A program made the translations under genes and the position numbers. Source: Stylophora pistillata (taxonomy: Eukaryota). From it: a stretch of 64,000 bases of DNA. The stretch lies in the NCBI RefSeq assembly GCF_002571385.2, contig NW_019217946.1, forward strand, positions 419,427-483,426. Direction: 5' to 3'. Position 1 is the first letter of the stretch. The number at the start of each line of letters is the position of its first letter. Below, piece by piece: positions 33,369-52,858 of the stretch. Below the pieces are notes generated by a model, which saw only the letters and a program-made list of their open reading frames with translations, ran no database searches and was not told the origin of the DNA.

Positions 33369-36300
33369 ATGGCGGCGGGCAGTAGTCCATCTTCTTCGTC
33401 TTCAAATTCAGACACAAATCAACAAGTTGATCGAATAGCTCTTTTGTATCCTAAAGTAAATGAATCAGAGACCCCTCTACCTCGATCATGGTCTCCTAAA
33501 GATAAATTCACTTTTATAGGGCTTTCTCAGAATAATTTAAGGGTGCATTACAAAGGTTAGTGAGATTGTATGTGTTTTTGTTTTCTTTCTTTCTCGAGCT
33601 CTGAATTCCATCACCTTGGTAGCTAATTCGAAACGAGGTACTATTCCTGTTATTATCGGTGTGTATGCTTTCTTTTTCTGGCCGAAGAAAACGGCTCACA
33701 AACGAAATGCTGCATCGACTACGTTTGAAACGAATGAAGTGGCTGTTTCTTTCTATTTGAAATTTATCTCTTTGTTTGCGCTTTATCGTCAAAATTGAAA
33801 TTTTCTCTGATGGCAGGTTGAATTTTGAAAGCTAATTATATTCTATGGATTCGGCTAAGCCTTGTAAACATTTGCTGCTGTAAATTTCGATTTGTATTTT
33901 TGTTATCTAGATTATATACTTTACGACGGATACGCATGCTTTTGAGTGAAGATTAAAGTTTACATGCAAGCTTTAACTTATATTGTTTACTCCATGATGG
34001 AAGTTACTTGTAGCTGTGAAGTTGACGCTAGGTCCAACAATTTTGCTTTGAATAAGCCTGTTTGGTGAACGATAACGCTTATTATTCGTGTCTTTCAGGT
34101 GTGGGAAAGACTCACAAAGACGCGGCCTCGGTTAGGGCTACGCACTCGATTCCAGCAGCTTGTGGTATTTATTATTTTGAAGTCAGAATTGTTAGCAAAG
34201 GACGCGATGGGTAAGAGATAATCCCGCCCAACTATCATCATCATATCCTAATAACTAAGAATTTGAATCAGTTGCTGGCAAGTTTTTTTTTTTTTTTCCA
34301 GATAACGTTTGTGTCACAGTTAAAAAATAGGTATAATGTTTAATTGCATCTCAGGAAGATGCAAGGTAGATGCATGACAGTAAATGACGGATTGGTACTT
34401 TTTTCAAGAATTTTTATTTTTATTTCCGTAACAGTATGAATATTCGGTTACTTTGGGGGTTTTTGTCCCACAAATCATACAAATTTAGAAGTTCCACAAT
34501 AGTTATTAAAAAGATTAAAGTCCAATTCTTCATTTGCATAAACAGTCTAAATACATTATTTTCACTGGCCCAGAAAGGCAGTGTTTAGAATGTGGTAACA
34601 GATTGTAACTGTTGTATTTATCATGATTTCAGGGAAAAGTGTTCTTAAATGCTCTGATTTCTTCTTTCCCCTTTTTTTAAGACCGCAATAGTGTACCTTG
34701 GACAAAGGAAAATAATTTGTTGGGTACATTTGCAATCATTTCAACCAGAATATTTAAAAGTGCAGAATACTAGCAGCCATATTTGATTGACACCTGTAAA
34801 ATGAAACCACATTTGTATTTTTGGTGCATGTGTATTTTAATAATCCCACCAGTTTGATTGATTGAAAGCTAACGATACAGACTGCACTAATCTCATTAAT
34901 TCAAGGCACCCTGACTACAATTAGAGAATAAACTATTTTATTTGGTTGTAAATATTTTTCTAGAACTATCTAAAATCTCCTAGTTTCTGAAATTTTGAGT
35001 GCAGAATTTTACCATTACAAACACATGCATACAAGTTGCTATATAATACTATGTAATGTCTAAGGAGTTATCAGTATCCCAGTACACTAAAAAATATTTT
35101 TATCGTTGGTAGACAGGACTGACTAGTTTCAGGTGCTCTCTCCCTTGAATCTCACACATATACATACATACACTCAAGAGGGGTTTTCAGCATCCAAATC
35201 AAAATACAGAAAAGAAATCTCCCAATTTCTTTCAAATTTTGGCCCTTCTTTTCTTTCTAATGTACAAAAAGGAAAAGTGCATACAGCAAAAAGCTGGAAC
35301 AAAAGTGGTGAATGTATGGCAGTGAACATTCTCTGATTATAGGTGTTAATTTGATTTCTTCTTGCAGCTATATGGGTATTGGATTATCTGCACAAGGAGT
35401 CAACATGAATAGATTACCAGGTTAGTAATTAACATTTTTTTTTAGGAAGAGGGTGTGTTTTAATTGTGGCAGGTTTTTGAGTCATGAAGTACTTCCACAG
35501 TGTTTTTAAGGAAGAGGCACTGTATTTATTTATCTATAAGCTGAGCGATTTTTTCATAAAACTTTATCAAAATCTTGAAAATTTGAGCTAAAGTGTTCTT
35601 GGCTTATAGCTGAGTGTTTTTCCAAACATAATATAGGTGACAAATTACTCCTTAATTCTGACGCGAAATTTCAGCGTTAATTTTATAATTTCACATGTAA
35701 AATTACAAAATTCCCATGGTAACATCTGTTGTATCTCGATCAGGGCCAAGATGGCATCGAGATTTAAGATGGTGACCCTTGAACAAGTTACGAAATTAAA
35801 AGATGTGGCCGAAAATTTAAATACTCGAAAGAGCACAATTAATTGGGTGCAAGTTTTTGAGAAGTGGTGTAACGAAAATAACCTTGAGAAAAACCTGGAG
35901 ATGATTCTTCCCGAGCAGTTTTATGAAGTACTCGAGCGATTTTACGCCTCCGTGTGTAAACAAGACATAATTTGTCACCCACGATATTAAAAGGTAATCC
36001 GATGGTTTTCTCGTGATATTAGGAAATAATTTCACTGGGTTTTCTCAAAGTTCAGATAATTTATCAGAATTTAAAACGCATGTGAAATTATTTCCTAATT
36101 TCACTCGTCGCCATTTGATTACCCATACTAAATTTTCCGACACAGCAAATTCAAAGCAAACTTAGATATAATTATTTGTCTATAAGCTGAGATATTGCAG
36201 GCAGAAATAAATAACAAAACAAGTTGAAGTTGGTCATTGACTTTATTTATGTGGTGGCTTCCAAAGAAGGGGTTTGTTGTTGTTGGTGTGCAGTAAATAC

Positions 36301-39300
36301 GGCTTACTGTTCGTCCTCAATGTCAGCATTGAATTCATTGTCCATCTCCTCATTTGCTAGTTCTGCTGTTTCTTCCAAGTAGATTGCTTCATCTTCCGTG
36401 CCGTCTAGAGTGTTAGAATGATATTCTACAGGTTTTGAACAAGTGTATAGATCTTGCGAAAGTGTTTTGAGAATTTGGAAACTGACCAACCAGAATTTCC
36501 CATTCCCACGATTTGTAAACAAACTCATCATGTATTACGGTGTTGAAATTTGTGATCACATGACAAGAAAACTTACCTTGGCTTCCCTGCTCTTTAAACT
36601 AGTCAAGTAATCTCTCATCCAGCCGCAGATATTTAGGAGTGTAATGGCCCATTGTTGAGCGTTTCGCTGACATCTTGAGCTCTCCATCAGAGGTTCTCTT
36701 GATTTTTCCTCAGTGACGGACCATAGACTTACTGGTGACGTACTCTCTGGTTACATCAGAATTTTTTTGGACAGCAATACTGCATTGAAACACTTTTCTT
36801 TTTCAAAACTTCTGCATTCGTTTCAGTTTTTTCGAGAATGGAATTCTCTGAATATAGTCCAGGCTTATAGCCAAGTATTTTCAATTTACATCTTTTAAAA
36901 ACCTTCCTGATGAAAACAGACTGAAGTTTAGGGTCTCGGCTTATAGACGAATAAGAATGGTAATAAACCCGATTCTTTGTTATGGCTGTTAGGTTGGGAA
37001 AAGAATTCATATGGTTACCATGGAGATGATGGGCACTCCTTCTGCTCATCTGGAACAGGAAAGCCGTATGGTCCAACCTTCACGACAGGAGATGTCATTG
37101 GCTGTGGCATTAATCTGATTGATAACACATGTTTTTACACAAAGAATGGAGTTAATCTTGGTAATGCTAACTGCTGTTGCAGTCATGTGTATCTTACTTC
37201 TATAAATGTATTCAAACTTTATTTGTCTGTCTTTACTGAGTTGTTTCTAGCAGGTGTGTGTTTTATTATCAAGGGGGCCATAGTTTGTCTTTACGGGTAA
37301 TTATTTGAGAATAGAATCTTCAACTTTCCAGATGTAACAAAAACATCCCTAACAAAAATGAAAATATATATCTAATAAAATACTTTCCTCTAGTCTAATT
37401 GGTTATAATTGTAATTTTGTTCACTCACTTATTCACCTACTTTTCTTTTACAGGAATTGCTTTCTCAGATCTACCTGTAAGTTTTTTCTTTATCTTTCGC
37501 ATTTATATTGTTCCAGGTTCTACTTGGTGTATTCATGGTGATCCTACAGTAACTTACATTTACACCATCCAATGAAATGTGAATTTATTGATTAAATACT
37601 GCAGATTGTATATTCAAGAAGTCATTTCTTTTTCATTTTGTGTATTGCTAGGCAAACTTATACCCAACAGTAGGTCTTCAAACACCGGGAGAGGTGGTAG
37701 ATGCAAATTTTGGACAGCAGCCTTTTGTCTATGACATAGAAGAAGTCATGAAGGTATTACTAGATATAATCTAGTGTAGTATTATTCTATCTTATATTAT
37801 TAATGTATTTTATTGTGTATCATTTAATACTTTTTCATTGTAACTTAGGATAATATGTATTTTTATCTTATTAGACGTTTTGTTGTGTAGTATCGCTGAG
37901 TATTTACGAGTTGTGCAGTATTTTGATGAGCCCGTAGGGCGAGTCAAAATACAGATAACGAGTAAAAATACTCAGGATAATACACAACAAAACGTCTAAT
38001 AAGTTATTTATTATCCAACACGCCAAACTCTTATTTCAGTGTGGGGAAATTTCGCAGATATTTATGGGGAGTGCATGACAGAAGTATGCGAAGGGGAACA
38101 GAATTGGCGCTTTGTCGTGTTGCTGTTTCTATTTTCAATAAATGAAGAAATTTCCAGGTTATCTAGCTGTTTTTCTTCGTTCGATTCATCAAATAAACTT
38201 GGATGTATATTTGCCAGCCCTTCTGACTCAAATTGTCCACCATGTTTTTTTCATAACTACAATTCAACTCTTCACTTGCGTGATGCGAGAAAACCTGTGT
38301 AACCGTTAGCCTAGAGTATAAATACCACGTGATTTTGTACTCGTCTATCGCGTTATTTGTACTCTACGAAGTGTGGTTGGATAATAAAGATGGTGATGAT
38401 GATGATGATGATGATGATGATTATTATTATTGTTATTATTATTGGACCTATAGTACATTGCAGTTTTTGAATTTACATACACTCACTTTCATTCATAAGG
38501 TGAATGATTGATTAGAAATTTTGGTAATTTGAAACTTCAAGTCCATTCTTTACAATTAGAGTTTGCTCTGAAACTTTTTTTTTAACTGTACTGATTAGTT
38601 GTTTAAATAAGCAGGCATTCTTTCTTAATCTTTCTTCTTTTGATATGTTTGTAGGAAGTTCATGCTCGGACAAGGCATACAATACAGACATTCCCTTTCA
38701 CAGACAAAGAAAGCTTATGGCAAACAACACTGCAAAAGTATGTACTGTTACAGTAGCTTTAATTGATACAGGAATTATTACAGTATACCCTGTAACTCAA
38801 TTATTTTTTTCATTGTGCAAGTAACGATAAAAGCAGTATACATGTATACTTAACTTACATAGTCATTAGACTCAATGGCTGTATTTTCAGTTTCATTGCT
38901 GAAGCAATCATCAACCTTTACCACATGCTCACCCACTGACTTTACTACATGTAGCAGAGTCCACACTTTTTCTAATATATAGGAGCAATCAAGTAACCAT
39001 CTTCTTACCAGTGTGATGCTCTACCAAAGGAGCCAAGAAAGTACAGAATGGCAGCTAGGGCATGCATTTTTCTTACTCATTCTTTTGCATTCTCTCTGCT
39101 TCTTATTTCCTCTGGCATCTAAGGTGGCAAAGACTTGTTTCTTGTGGCTCTGTTCAATCTTGTCTCATCCACTTCAGATGGTTTGTCACTTTTCCTGAGT
39201 GAGCTTCTCTCCATGATTGCACTATATATGCAGAACAAACCCAGTGTATGATTTTTTTTTTTTTTCTATATTCTAATATCATTGTTAGAATTGTATCAAC

Positions 39301-42242
39301 ATATTTGGTCCATCATGGTTATTGTGCTACTGCTGAGGCTTTTGCTAACAGTACTGGACAGTCATTAACAGAAGAACTGGCTTCAATCAAGAACAGGCAA
39401 AGTGAGCTAATAGTAATGCTAGATAATAATGCTCATTGAATTGTTACAATGAGAATGCTTGAACTGGGTTCGAGCCCCGGCCAGACCAACACTCAGGGTC
39501 TTAAAAAATTGAGAAGAATTTGCTACCTTTCTATAACATCCAGAAATGGTTAGATATTCTAGTCTTCTCAGATAGGGACGAATACATGGAGGTCCCATCT
39601 CCAACAGGGTTGGGGCAGGGGACGTTAATTTCCCACACACGAGATTACTGTGTGATGGATGTCCTCCCCTGGGGTGGGATGGGTGGGTTGTTCTGTATTA
39701 CAGAGGGCCATGTGTTAGAAAACTCTTTACTGGGTTAATCATGTTGTACCCTCTTTGTTATAAACATCTTAAATGGGGCTCTATATTCTAGCACAATCAA
39801 TGTTATAACTTCTTCTTTGCAGGAATACAAAAGTTAGTTCTTGCTGGCAGAATTGGGGAAGCTATTGAAACAACACAAACATTATATCCAGGACTCCTAG
39901 AAAGAAATCCAAACTTACTTTTCCTTTTGAAATGCCGGCAATTTGTGGAAATGGTCAGTGGATGTGAAAGTGATGTGCGGCCTGCAGCTCACAGCCCTCG
40001 CCCTAGTCCTAATGTCAGCCCTTCACACTTGTATAGTGCAGCATCAGTTGGAAGTGTTGCAAGCAGCTCTTCTTCAGCCACCAATGGCTTTGTTCCAAAT
40101 GGTACTTGTATTGACAATGGATTTGAAGCTGATAATATGCAAATGGAAGTTGAAGACTTTGAAGAGTCATCAAGTAATGGTGTAGTGAATGGAACAGAAA
40201 AAATGGATGAGGGTGAACACAGTCCTAGCAGAGGTAGAATACATTTTGTGGATATCTAGTGAGCAGGTTTATACTACATTTGTGGCCCTCTACAGCAAGA
40301 TGTTCTCCATAGAATTCAGCTTTTATGCTTGGAATAATGTACTTTACATCATCTTTTAAGTAGTTTGTAGTTTAAATGTTAGCTTATAAGTAAGTTTAAT
40401 TGGACTATGACATTGACTCACAAAGAAATTAGGTTTGTTCAAACAGACATGGCATCAATGGAAATACTATTTGAGACACTTTGATATCCATTTTCTATAA
40501 GTAACTTGCATTCCTTGGAAAACTTGTGCTCTAACTTTTCAAAACAACAAACATTTTGATACTTAACAAAGTAGTGTTTTTTCACATAAATTTTTTCAAC
40601 TGACATATAAGACCTTAACTGTTCAAATAAGAAATAACTACCAGACAAAGTTTGGCACATCATGAAGGTTCTTTGGCAGTACAGTGTATAGAGAAGTCTA
40701 GTTGAAAAGTTCAATAAAGTATCTAGGATGCAGTAAGCTAATTTTAACTCACAATTTTTGGTTTTTGTTTCAGCAGAATCTTCAGGCAGACAAAATTTTT
40801 GTCAAAATAGAAATGTACTTGAAAAGATTTTAGCTTTTGGAAGAGATTTACAAACTATGAGTGTACAATTGAGGAGAGAACATGGAAAAAATGAGACAAA
40901 TAAGAAGACTCTTCAGGTCAGTCAATTCTGTAATTTTGTTTTTCCCATTTCATCCTTGTACAAGTTTGTTTATTCTAAATGTGATTTTTTTGTGTGTCAT
41001 TTCTAATATGACATTTTTGTTAATGACTGTTTTTTTTTTTCAGGAAGCATTTAGTCTTTTGGCTTACACAGATCCCTGGAGCAGTCCTGTGGGGTATATT
41101 TTAGATCCTGTACAGAGGGAATCAATTTGTTCATCTTTAAATAGTGCTATCTTAGGTAATTTTTGATGATTTTTTTCTATATTTAGTACTAGAAGTTACA
41201 TGCACATGTATAGTTACTGTTCAAGGCAATGGTAGATGTTTGGTCAGCCTGATCAGAACATAATTATTAAGCTTTTACAACATAGAAAGAAGTGCTAAGG
41301 AGTGTAAAGTTAAGAGATCTTAAAAAATCAAAACACTGAAATAGCTCTCCGCTTCTTATGGTGACCTCTATTCTGGTTTTGGAAATTTCAGTTGCCATTG
41401 ACCACAAACTGTGTGATAATTGTTTTTTCAACTTAAAGTGCACCTAAACCCAAAAATTTTTTTTCACTTAACAAAATAAGCGTGCTTTTTGGAGTGGAAC
41501 ATTGGCTGCCATCTTGGTCCACAACGGAGTTTAAAGAGGAATGGTTCTAGCGGGTAATGTGACGTCAAATAATTTTTATTGAGAATGCGAAAGTTTACAT
41601 TTCGCACATTTTCACTTGTTTGGGAAAGTTGTAGTCGATATTGTCCGAAAATGTGCCAATTAAGTGTGTTGTAGGAGGATGTAGCAACATGTGAAATTTG
41701 CAAGAGGATATCGTACTTCATACATTCCTCATACAACACACCTAGTCAGCATATTTCGAACAATATCGACAACAACCATCCCAAACAAGTGAAAATGTGT
41801 GAAATGCAGACTTTTGTGTTCTCCATTTTACGTCACATTACCCGCTAGAACCATTCCTCTTTAAACTCGGTCATTAGTCAAGATGGCGGCCAATTTTCCA
41901 TATTTTGACGAGGCACAGGAAATTGAAGATTTGAGCAAATGAAAAAATTTTTGCTCAGAAATACTCCAAAAAGTACGCTTATTTCGTTAAGCGAAAAAAA
42001 TTTTGGGGTTTAGGTACACTTTAAGATAACTTTATGACTGTTATGAGTCCCGATAATTACACGAGCAAAAATTTACCATCTTTCTTAATCCACTGATCTT
42101 ATTTTTACTTTCAGATTCACATCACTTGCCCACAAAACCACCCTTGGATTTAATACTAGGACAGGCTCAAGAATGTTTAAAACTAATGTCAAAGATTGGA
42201 CTAGGAGCTTGTGCATTTGCCAGTGTTGAAGAGTACATGTAA
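33369..42242 (+). CDS. RANBP9: Ran-binding protein 9/10 (SPRY-LisH-CTLH-CRA; CTLH/GID complex scaffold)
   Basis: Exons 33369-33555, 34099-34210, 35368-35420, 36993-37160, 37454-37476, 37652-37753, 38655-38737, 39289-39401, 39823-40233, 40774/40777-40916, 41044-41155 and 42115-42242. Motifs [76 protein letters not shown]9 versus RANBP10 cannot be resolved. Confidence 0.93.
35630..36130 (+). mobile_element. Crypton-like (tyrosine recombinase/DUF3504-associated) remnant; also copied at about 31875-32373
   Basis: [39 protein letters not shown]...LERFYASV resembles the recalled N-terminus of Crypton/KCTD1-type YR proteins; truncated. Confidence 0.55.
37863..38388. mobile_element. Interspersed repeat, copy 2 (homolog of 2955-3465)
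   Basis: Direct sequence similarity along its length. Confidence 0.7.
39465..39690 (+). mobile_element. 5'-truncated SINE (family of 22368-22742)
   Basis: GGGTTCGAGCCCCGGCCAGACCAACACTCAGGGTCTTAAAA... Confidence 0.8.
41437..42020. mobile_element. Non-autonomous Kolobok-like DNA transposon
   Basis: TTAA on both flanks; TIRs AGTGCACCTAAACCCAAAAATTTTTT / AAAAAATTTTGGGGTTTAGGTACACT; decayed THAP start ([11 protein letters not shown]) at about 41655. Confidence 0.75.
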
Positions 42243-44186
42243 CATGCAAATGTTTTGTTTATCTGCAGATGAAAAACAATAATTTTACAAAAGCTTAAAT
42301 AATTCAGCATGCACTGCATACACAAGTTTTCTAAAAAATGGTGGTTAGTAAATCACTTAAAAGCAGCATTTTCCCTGAATCTCAGATGCTTAGATAACAA
42401 CTAAAATATTACTCTGCATGGTATCTAGTAAAGATATGTGTATTGTGTAAAATAGATGGTACAATTTTATCAGAAAGAATCATAGCAGGCAACCAAGATA
42501 GTTTTAATTTCCAAGATTGTTGACAGGAATTCTTAGAATTGCTTTGAGATTGTCAAGTGCACCACCAGTTCAACCAATCAGAGTCAAAGTTAGAGCAAAA
42601 TGTGACTTAAGTCTTCTCCTTTTGACATTTTCCTCTGCCTTCCCTCACAGAAAATGGTATATTAAACTGCTAGTAAGACTGTTATTGTATTATACATCCA
42701 CTTCCTTATTTTTTGGGTTATTTTAGGGGTAAAAGAACCTCAAACAATTTGTTTGAATTTGTAATTTGCCATAGGGACTATTTTATTTTTTGAAATATTG
42801 TAAATTCTGTAAGAGCCGGAGAGCTACACCATCTTGTATAGTGGTCTTTTTTTTTCTGTTTAGTTTTGCATGGCACATCTTGCAAATTTTAATTATTTTT
42901 GTAAAGCTTATCATGAAAATTCTTTGGGGTTAAAGTGTAGAACAGCAAGAGGGTATTACAAGCTTGATGCATAAAAAGCAAAAAGGTTCTACATAAAGAA
43001 AACCTCTAAAATCTGCTTGCTGAGTTTTCAAATTCCTTCCAAATAATTGAACTAGCATTCAACTTTCTGTTAGTTTGCATTACACAAGTGTAAAGTTACA
43101 TCTCATTCACTAGTTCTGTATTCACAAGAAAAACTGATTTTGTCATTCTTTCGGAGTAAAGGCTCTCTTCTCTTACTGTGGTACAGACACTCAAAATGCT
43201 TGCCTAACTTAAGCAGCTAGACTTGGTTCTTTTACTGGCTGTAAAACCTGTAGTGCAGACAGATTAGTCACTCAAACCTTCAATGCTTCTCTTATGCAGG
43301 CTAAATCCAGATTATACTTGTACATTGCAAATAAACCAGATATAAATTATTCTCAATTATTAAATATTTCCTTTTTGCCTTCCTGTTGGTGTTTTTTCAC
43401 AGGCAAGTTTATACCTATGATCAAAAAATTAATTTCAAGCTCTATACTGTATATCACATTAGGTTAGTGTAGGGGTTAGGTTCTGTTTATATAATTATGT
43501 AAATAAACCATTTAGATTTTACTTTTTTGTCTTGTATTGTTCTTGTTTCACGTGCCCAAGGTTGCCTCCTTGCACTAACCTATTTAATGAGGTTAGTGTT
43601 CATCTGGTCAAAATGATTGATTACACTTTTTCAGAGGTTGAAATGTTCAGTTTTCTTTCAGTTCATATAGTATAATGAAAGCAGGATCACAACTCTCATT
43701 ATAACATAACCAAATTAATTCTATGGGCTGTCAATAAATGATCTCCCAGGGACATATTCTAGGTAGTTAAGTCCCAAGTTGTAGTTTCCCTTTGTAGCAG
43801 TTTTCCATCAAATGTGATGAGCTCTTGCTTATACAATTTGTTTTCATCCCTGTTAAAAAGTCAAATCCAGAAACACAAAGCCTTTATTTTCAATTTGAAA
43901 TTATGCTGTACATGTATTTACAATATTTGACAAGCTAGAAGATAAAGTTTTCTGCAAGGTCATAACCAAACCAAGAGTACAGAAATCTAAAAACTTTACT
44001 TGCACAACAAATTTTAAGACCGCAAGCCAGTACATTAAAAGCAAAGAGAAACAGAATTTTATGCGTCTGAAGTTTTCCCGAAATAATTATATTCCACTTA
44101 AACATAGCAACATGCTTTTCAAACATAAATTATTTCACTTCAAATTAATCACTTCTTCGCCTAACTAACAATTAATTGCCACGAGG

Positions 44187-46428
44187 TTACTCAGTGATGG
44201 GGTACTTGCTCTCGAATTCCCTCATTTTATCTTTGAAAACTAAAAGTGAGAAAAGAAAAAAGAAAATGTTGGAAACAAGATAGCTCAACCACAGGCAATA
44301 GGCCGTAGGCCATGGAGTTTTATGAACTCTTTAATTATACATTCTTAGTAACTTCTGTTAACTGACTTATAATAATTGAAAAGGGCCCCTGATTTAAATC
44401 CTCCGATCAACTAAAACTTAATCAGCCCCTCCAGAGATTTGGGGAGCTGCAGTAAGACCTCCTGCCACAATCTTTGATTCCAGGTGATGCTCCCACAAAG
44501 CTGATCACCTGTAAAGCTGTTAGAGATGGAAACTGCCAATGATTTAACTTTTATCTCTTGTGGGTACCATGGAATTCTCCATTGTTCTGCTTATTGTGGA
44601 CTCCCACAGACATAACTTGAGCTTCCAATTTCTAACTTTTGGAGCTCAAAGGGCTCCCTGAAAATTTTCTTGGGCAGCAGCTTTGGACCTATTGCCAAAT
44701 GAAGGTGAAGTCCTAGAGGCAATGTACTGTTTCTACGATTCAAGCCTGGAATTCAAACTTCCTAGTAATAACCAAGAGAATGTAAAGCTACCTCTACAGT
44801 CTGGACCTGCATGTAATTGATTTTAAAATACAAAATATCCTGGCCGACACTAACTTTTCAACTTACTAGCCAAGTGGCTAGTGACAACTTAGATGTTACA
44901 ACAATTTCAGTTTGTTTACTAGCCAAACTGGCTAGTGGATATTGAAAACCACTAGCCAAAACTGAATTTCTTCTAGTTTGTGGCTAGTTGGCTACTGTTA
45001 GTGTCAAGCCCTAAAATTTACATAACATTACCAGCTTTATTATTCCATTTTTGGGCTGCATCAACATTAAGTGGGTTGTCATTGTTTGGTGCTGAAAAGA
45101 AACAAATCATTTTTTATGAGGTTACTGTTTACATTTCGAGGTAGTAACTTGAGCATTGATCCATCAATTTCCATGGTATTTTAATAATTGAAAACCTTTA
45201 AAGATGGTGAATAGTTTTCTCTCTAAAGGAACAGGCCTGCTTATCAATTGAGACCTTGCTTAATTTTTTTTTTTTTTTGTCCCTAGCTTTGTTAAGTAGT
45301 CTCAATTTTTCTTTTCCAGTGACACAGCCACTCACAATTTTAGAAATAATAGTTCAACCTTTTTTGAAATGAATTATTTGTTACCTCCTAATAATGCTTG
45401 AATGGAATGCAATATGCTTCTAACGCCATATGCAGATGTCCATTTATCCTGCAAAATATGGATCAAGCAACGTTTAATTGTGACTCTGATCTGCATTCCG
45501 TTTCCCAATACGCGATTACCCATGACCACACATTTTCCAGAACCTATTTTAGATCTTTTTACCCAATCCAGTGAAACAATATATAGCCTACTGTACCTTT
45601 AGAATGTCTAGGCAGATGTTTCCTTTGTCGTCCACATTAGGGTGATAACATGGCGTCTTGAATTTGACTACAGGAGGTTTGTGAGGATATGTGCTTGGAA
45701 ATTCAAAGGTTAGTTTGTACTTTTTCCCATCGTAGACCTAAATTGAGAAGGAGTGGACAAATTTCAACCGTCAACTGTCCAAGAAAACATTCAAAACATT
45801 CTCATCTAAGAGAAAGAAAAATCCAGTAATCAAGGAAACAATGTTATTTTCAAAGGTATCTAGTTATGAAGGTTAAATTTGTGCTTCTGCTCTCTTGCCC
45901 ACATTAAAGTCCGGCAACTTATAACTAACGTTTCTTGATCTTTACAGTGCCATTCGACGTTTATTCAAATTTCGTTTTTAGTTTACTTCTTCTAACGAGA
46001 ACTACACAGAAACTCTTGTCAGAATAAAACTAAAAGCTGAGTTTGGTGTATAGATAAGATATTTTTTTACCGTATCTTTTCCTCCTTGAATTGTTGCAAT
46101 CCACTCCAAAATGCTATCTCCAGAAGGAAATGCCGAGATAAGACTGTCTGGATGCTACAAAACAGAAATATTCAAAAGAGGAATTACTGAAGCCACCGAG
46201 AATATGTCAAGATAATGACCAACCAAGGAAAAACAAATTCCGAGTACATTAATTTCCGAGCGGAGCCTTACATCAGCAAGTTCTTTGAGATCCAGTAATA
46301 GCCTGTTGATCAAATTTAACGACCAATTAGTGAAAAAACGACCAGTGGAATGACATGTAAATCTAAACATTCCTCGAATGAGTTCCGAACAATCCTTACC
46401 TGCTCCAAACTTGTCCCTCGCAAGCCAT
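44187..46428 (-). CDS. Ubiquitin-conjugating enzyme E2, UBE2C-like, 153 aa
   Basis: Exons 46428-46400, 46302-46272, 46154-46071, 45737-45597, 45448-45385, 45091-45032 and 44239-44187. Motifs [42 protein letters not shown] (catalytic Cys), [16 protein letters not shown]. Confidence 0.88.
44838..45013. mobile_element. Small MITE with TAGCCA subterminal repeats
   Basis: GACACTAAC / GTTAGTGTC inverted ends with repeated CTAGCCA/TGGCTAG. Confidence 0.55.
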
Positions 46429-46720
46429 TACTTTGTGAAAAACAGAATGACTTTAACTTGATGAAACCTTCGATATGTTACGTCTTCGAGATAAAACGGC
46501 CTATCGTGGGTAAAGATTTTTAAACTTGCAGTTCCCTTGGGATGGACCAATCAGATGGTCTATATCAACATAATTTACCAATCACAGCGCTAAACTTTGC
46601 TTCGGTTCCAGTTTCCGCACTTACGATCCCATAGATCTCTTCGGTCTGAAAATCGCCATGTTGGATTTCCTGTCCATTGCTCAAATCTAAGCTCGTGCAA
46701 ACAGATAGTTTCACGTTGAT
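46429..46720. promoter_or_regulatory. Bidirectional promoter between the E2 and POLR2C, with twin CCAAT boxes and a CHR-like TTTAAA
   Basis: CCAAT at 46547 and 46578 (31-bp spacing); TTTAAA at 46519-46524. Confidence 0.6.
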
Positions 46721-52011
<5,291 letters not shown>

Positions 52012-52076
52012 GGACCGACACTAAGTAAAATGTTTTTGTAGCAATAAACGGTGTAATAGTAAACTCATTTTGTAAT

Positions 52077-52504
52077 TAAACACGAAGGCGCGCTATATAA
52101 GGAAGTCTTCCCTGGGAAGACCTAGGCTCATTTGTCACTCACCGTTGACGTGTGCGGGTCAAATTTAAATGCTGGTAGACGAACAAAAGGAGCTAATGAG
52201 ATATCTATTGTTTACTTCCACCAGCATGGTGGCATGAGGTAACGTGGAACCACCTACTTCCATCTCAAATTTACCGCCACAAATAAAGACAGTTTCCATT
52301 GGAGAAAGGAAATACAAATCTCAAAAATTCTTGTATTGTGATGAAAACATAAAACAATTTTGAGGAATGTGCCCACTGTTCACTGCTCTGGAGTAGCTGA
52401 AGCTCAAGCTGACTTGACTCTAAGAGTTCTACATCTCACGACGGTTGATTGACAAATGTTCCAGAGGGACCTAAGGCTCCTTTTATAGCGCGCCTTCGTG
52501 TTTA
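52077..52504. mobile_element. MITE immediately downstream of the POLR2C poly(A) signal
   Basis: TIR TAAACACGAAGGCGCGCTATA / TATAGCGCGCCTTCGTGTTTA. Confidence 0.75.
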
Positions 52505-52858
52505 AACGCTGTGGTATTCATATGAAGTCATATAGTCTGATCAACAAAAAGAGGCTAGATTTAGTTGAATGGTAATTTTTGTGTTCTTGCCGCATTTAAA
52601 GATCACGAATATTTCTCGGACCCACGCCTTCCAGTTCATTTGTAAAGTAAGCGTTTGCTTCACCCTTACGCTTGTAGGACCACAAGGAGGAAAAACATTT
52701 GGTGCGCTAGAAAAACATTGTAGTCGTTCTTCATGTGCCGCTTCAAAATTTCACATGTAAACCAAGTCTAAAGCACGTTAGTAACTCCTGCGACATCGTG
52801 GCCACAAATTGCTCTAAGATCGCGCCGAAATACGAAAAAGAAATTTTGTTCCGGTGCC

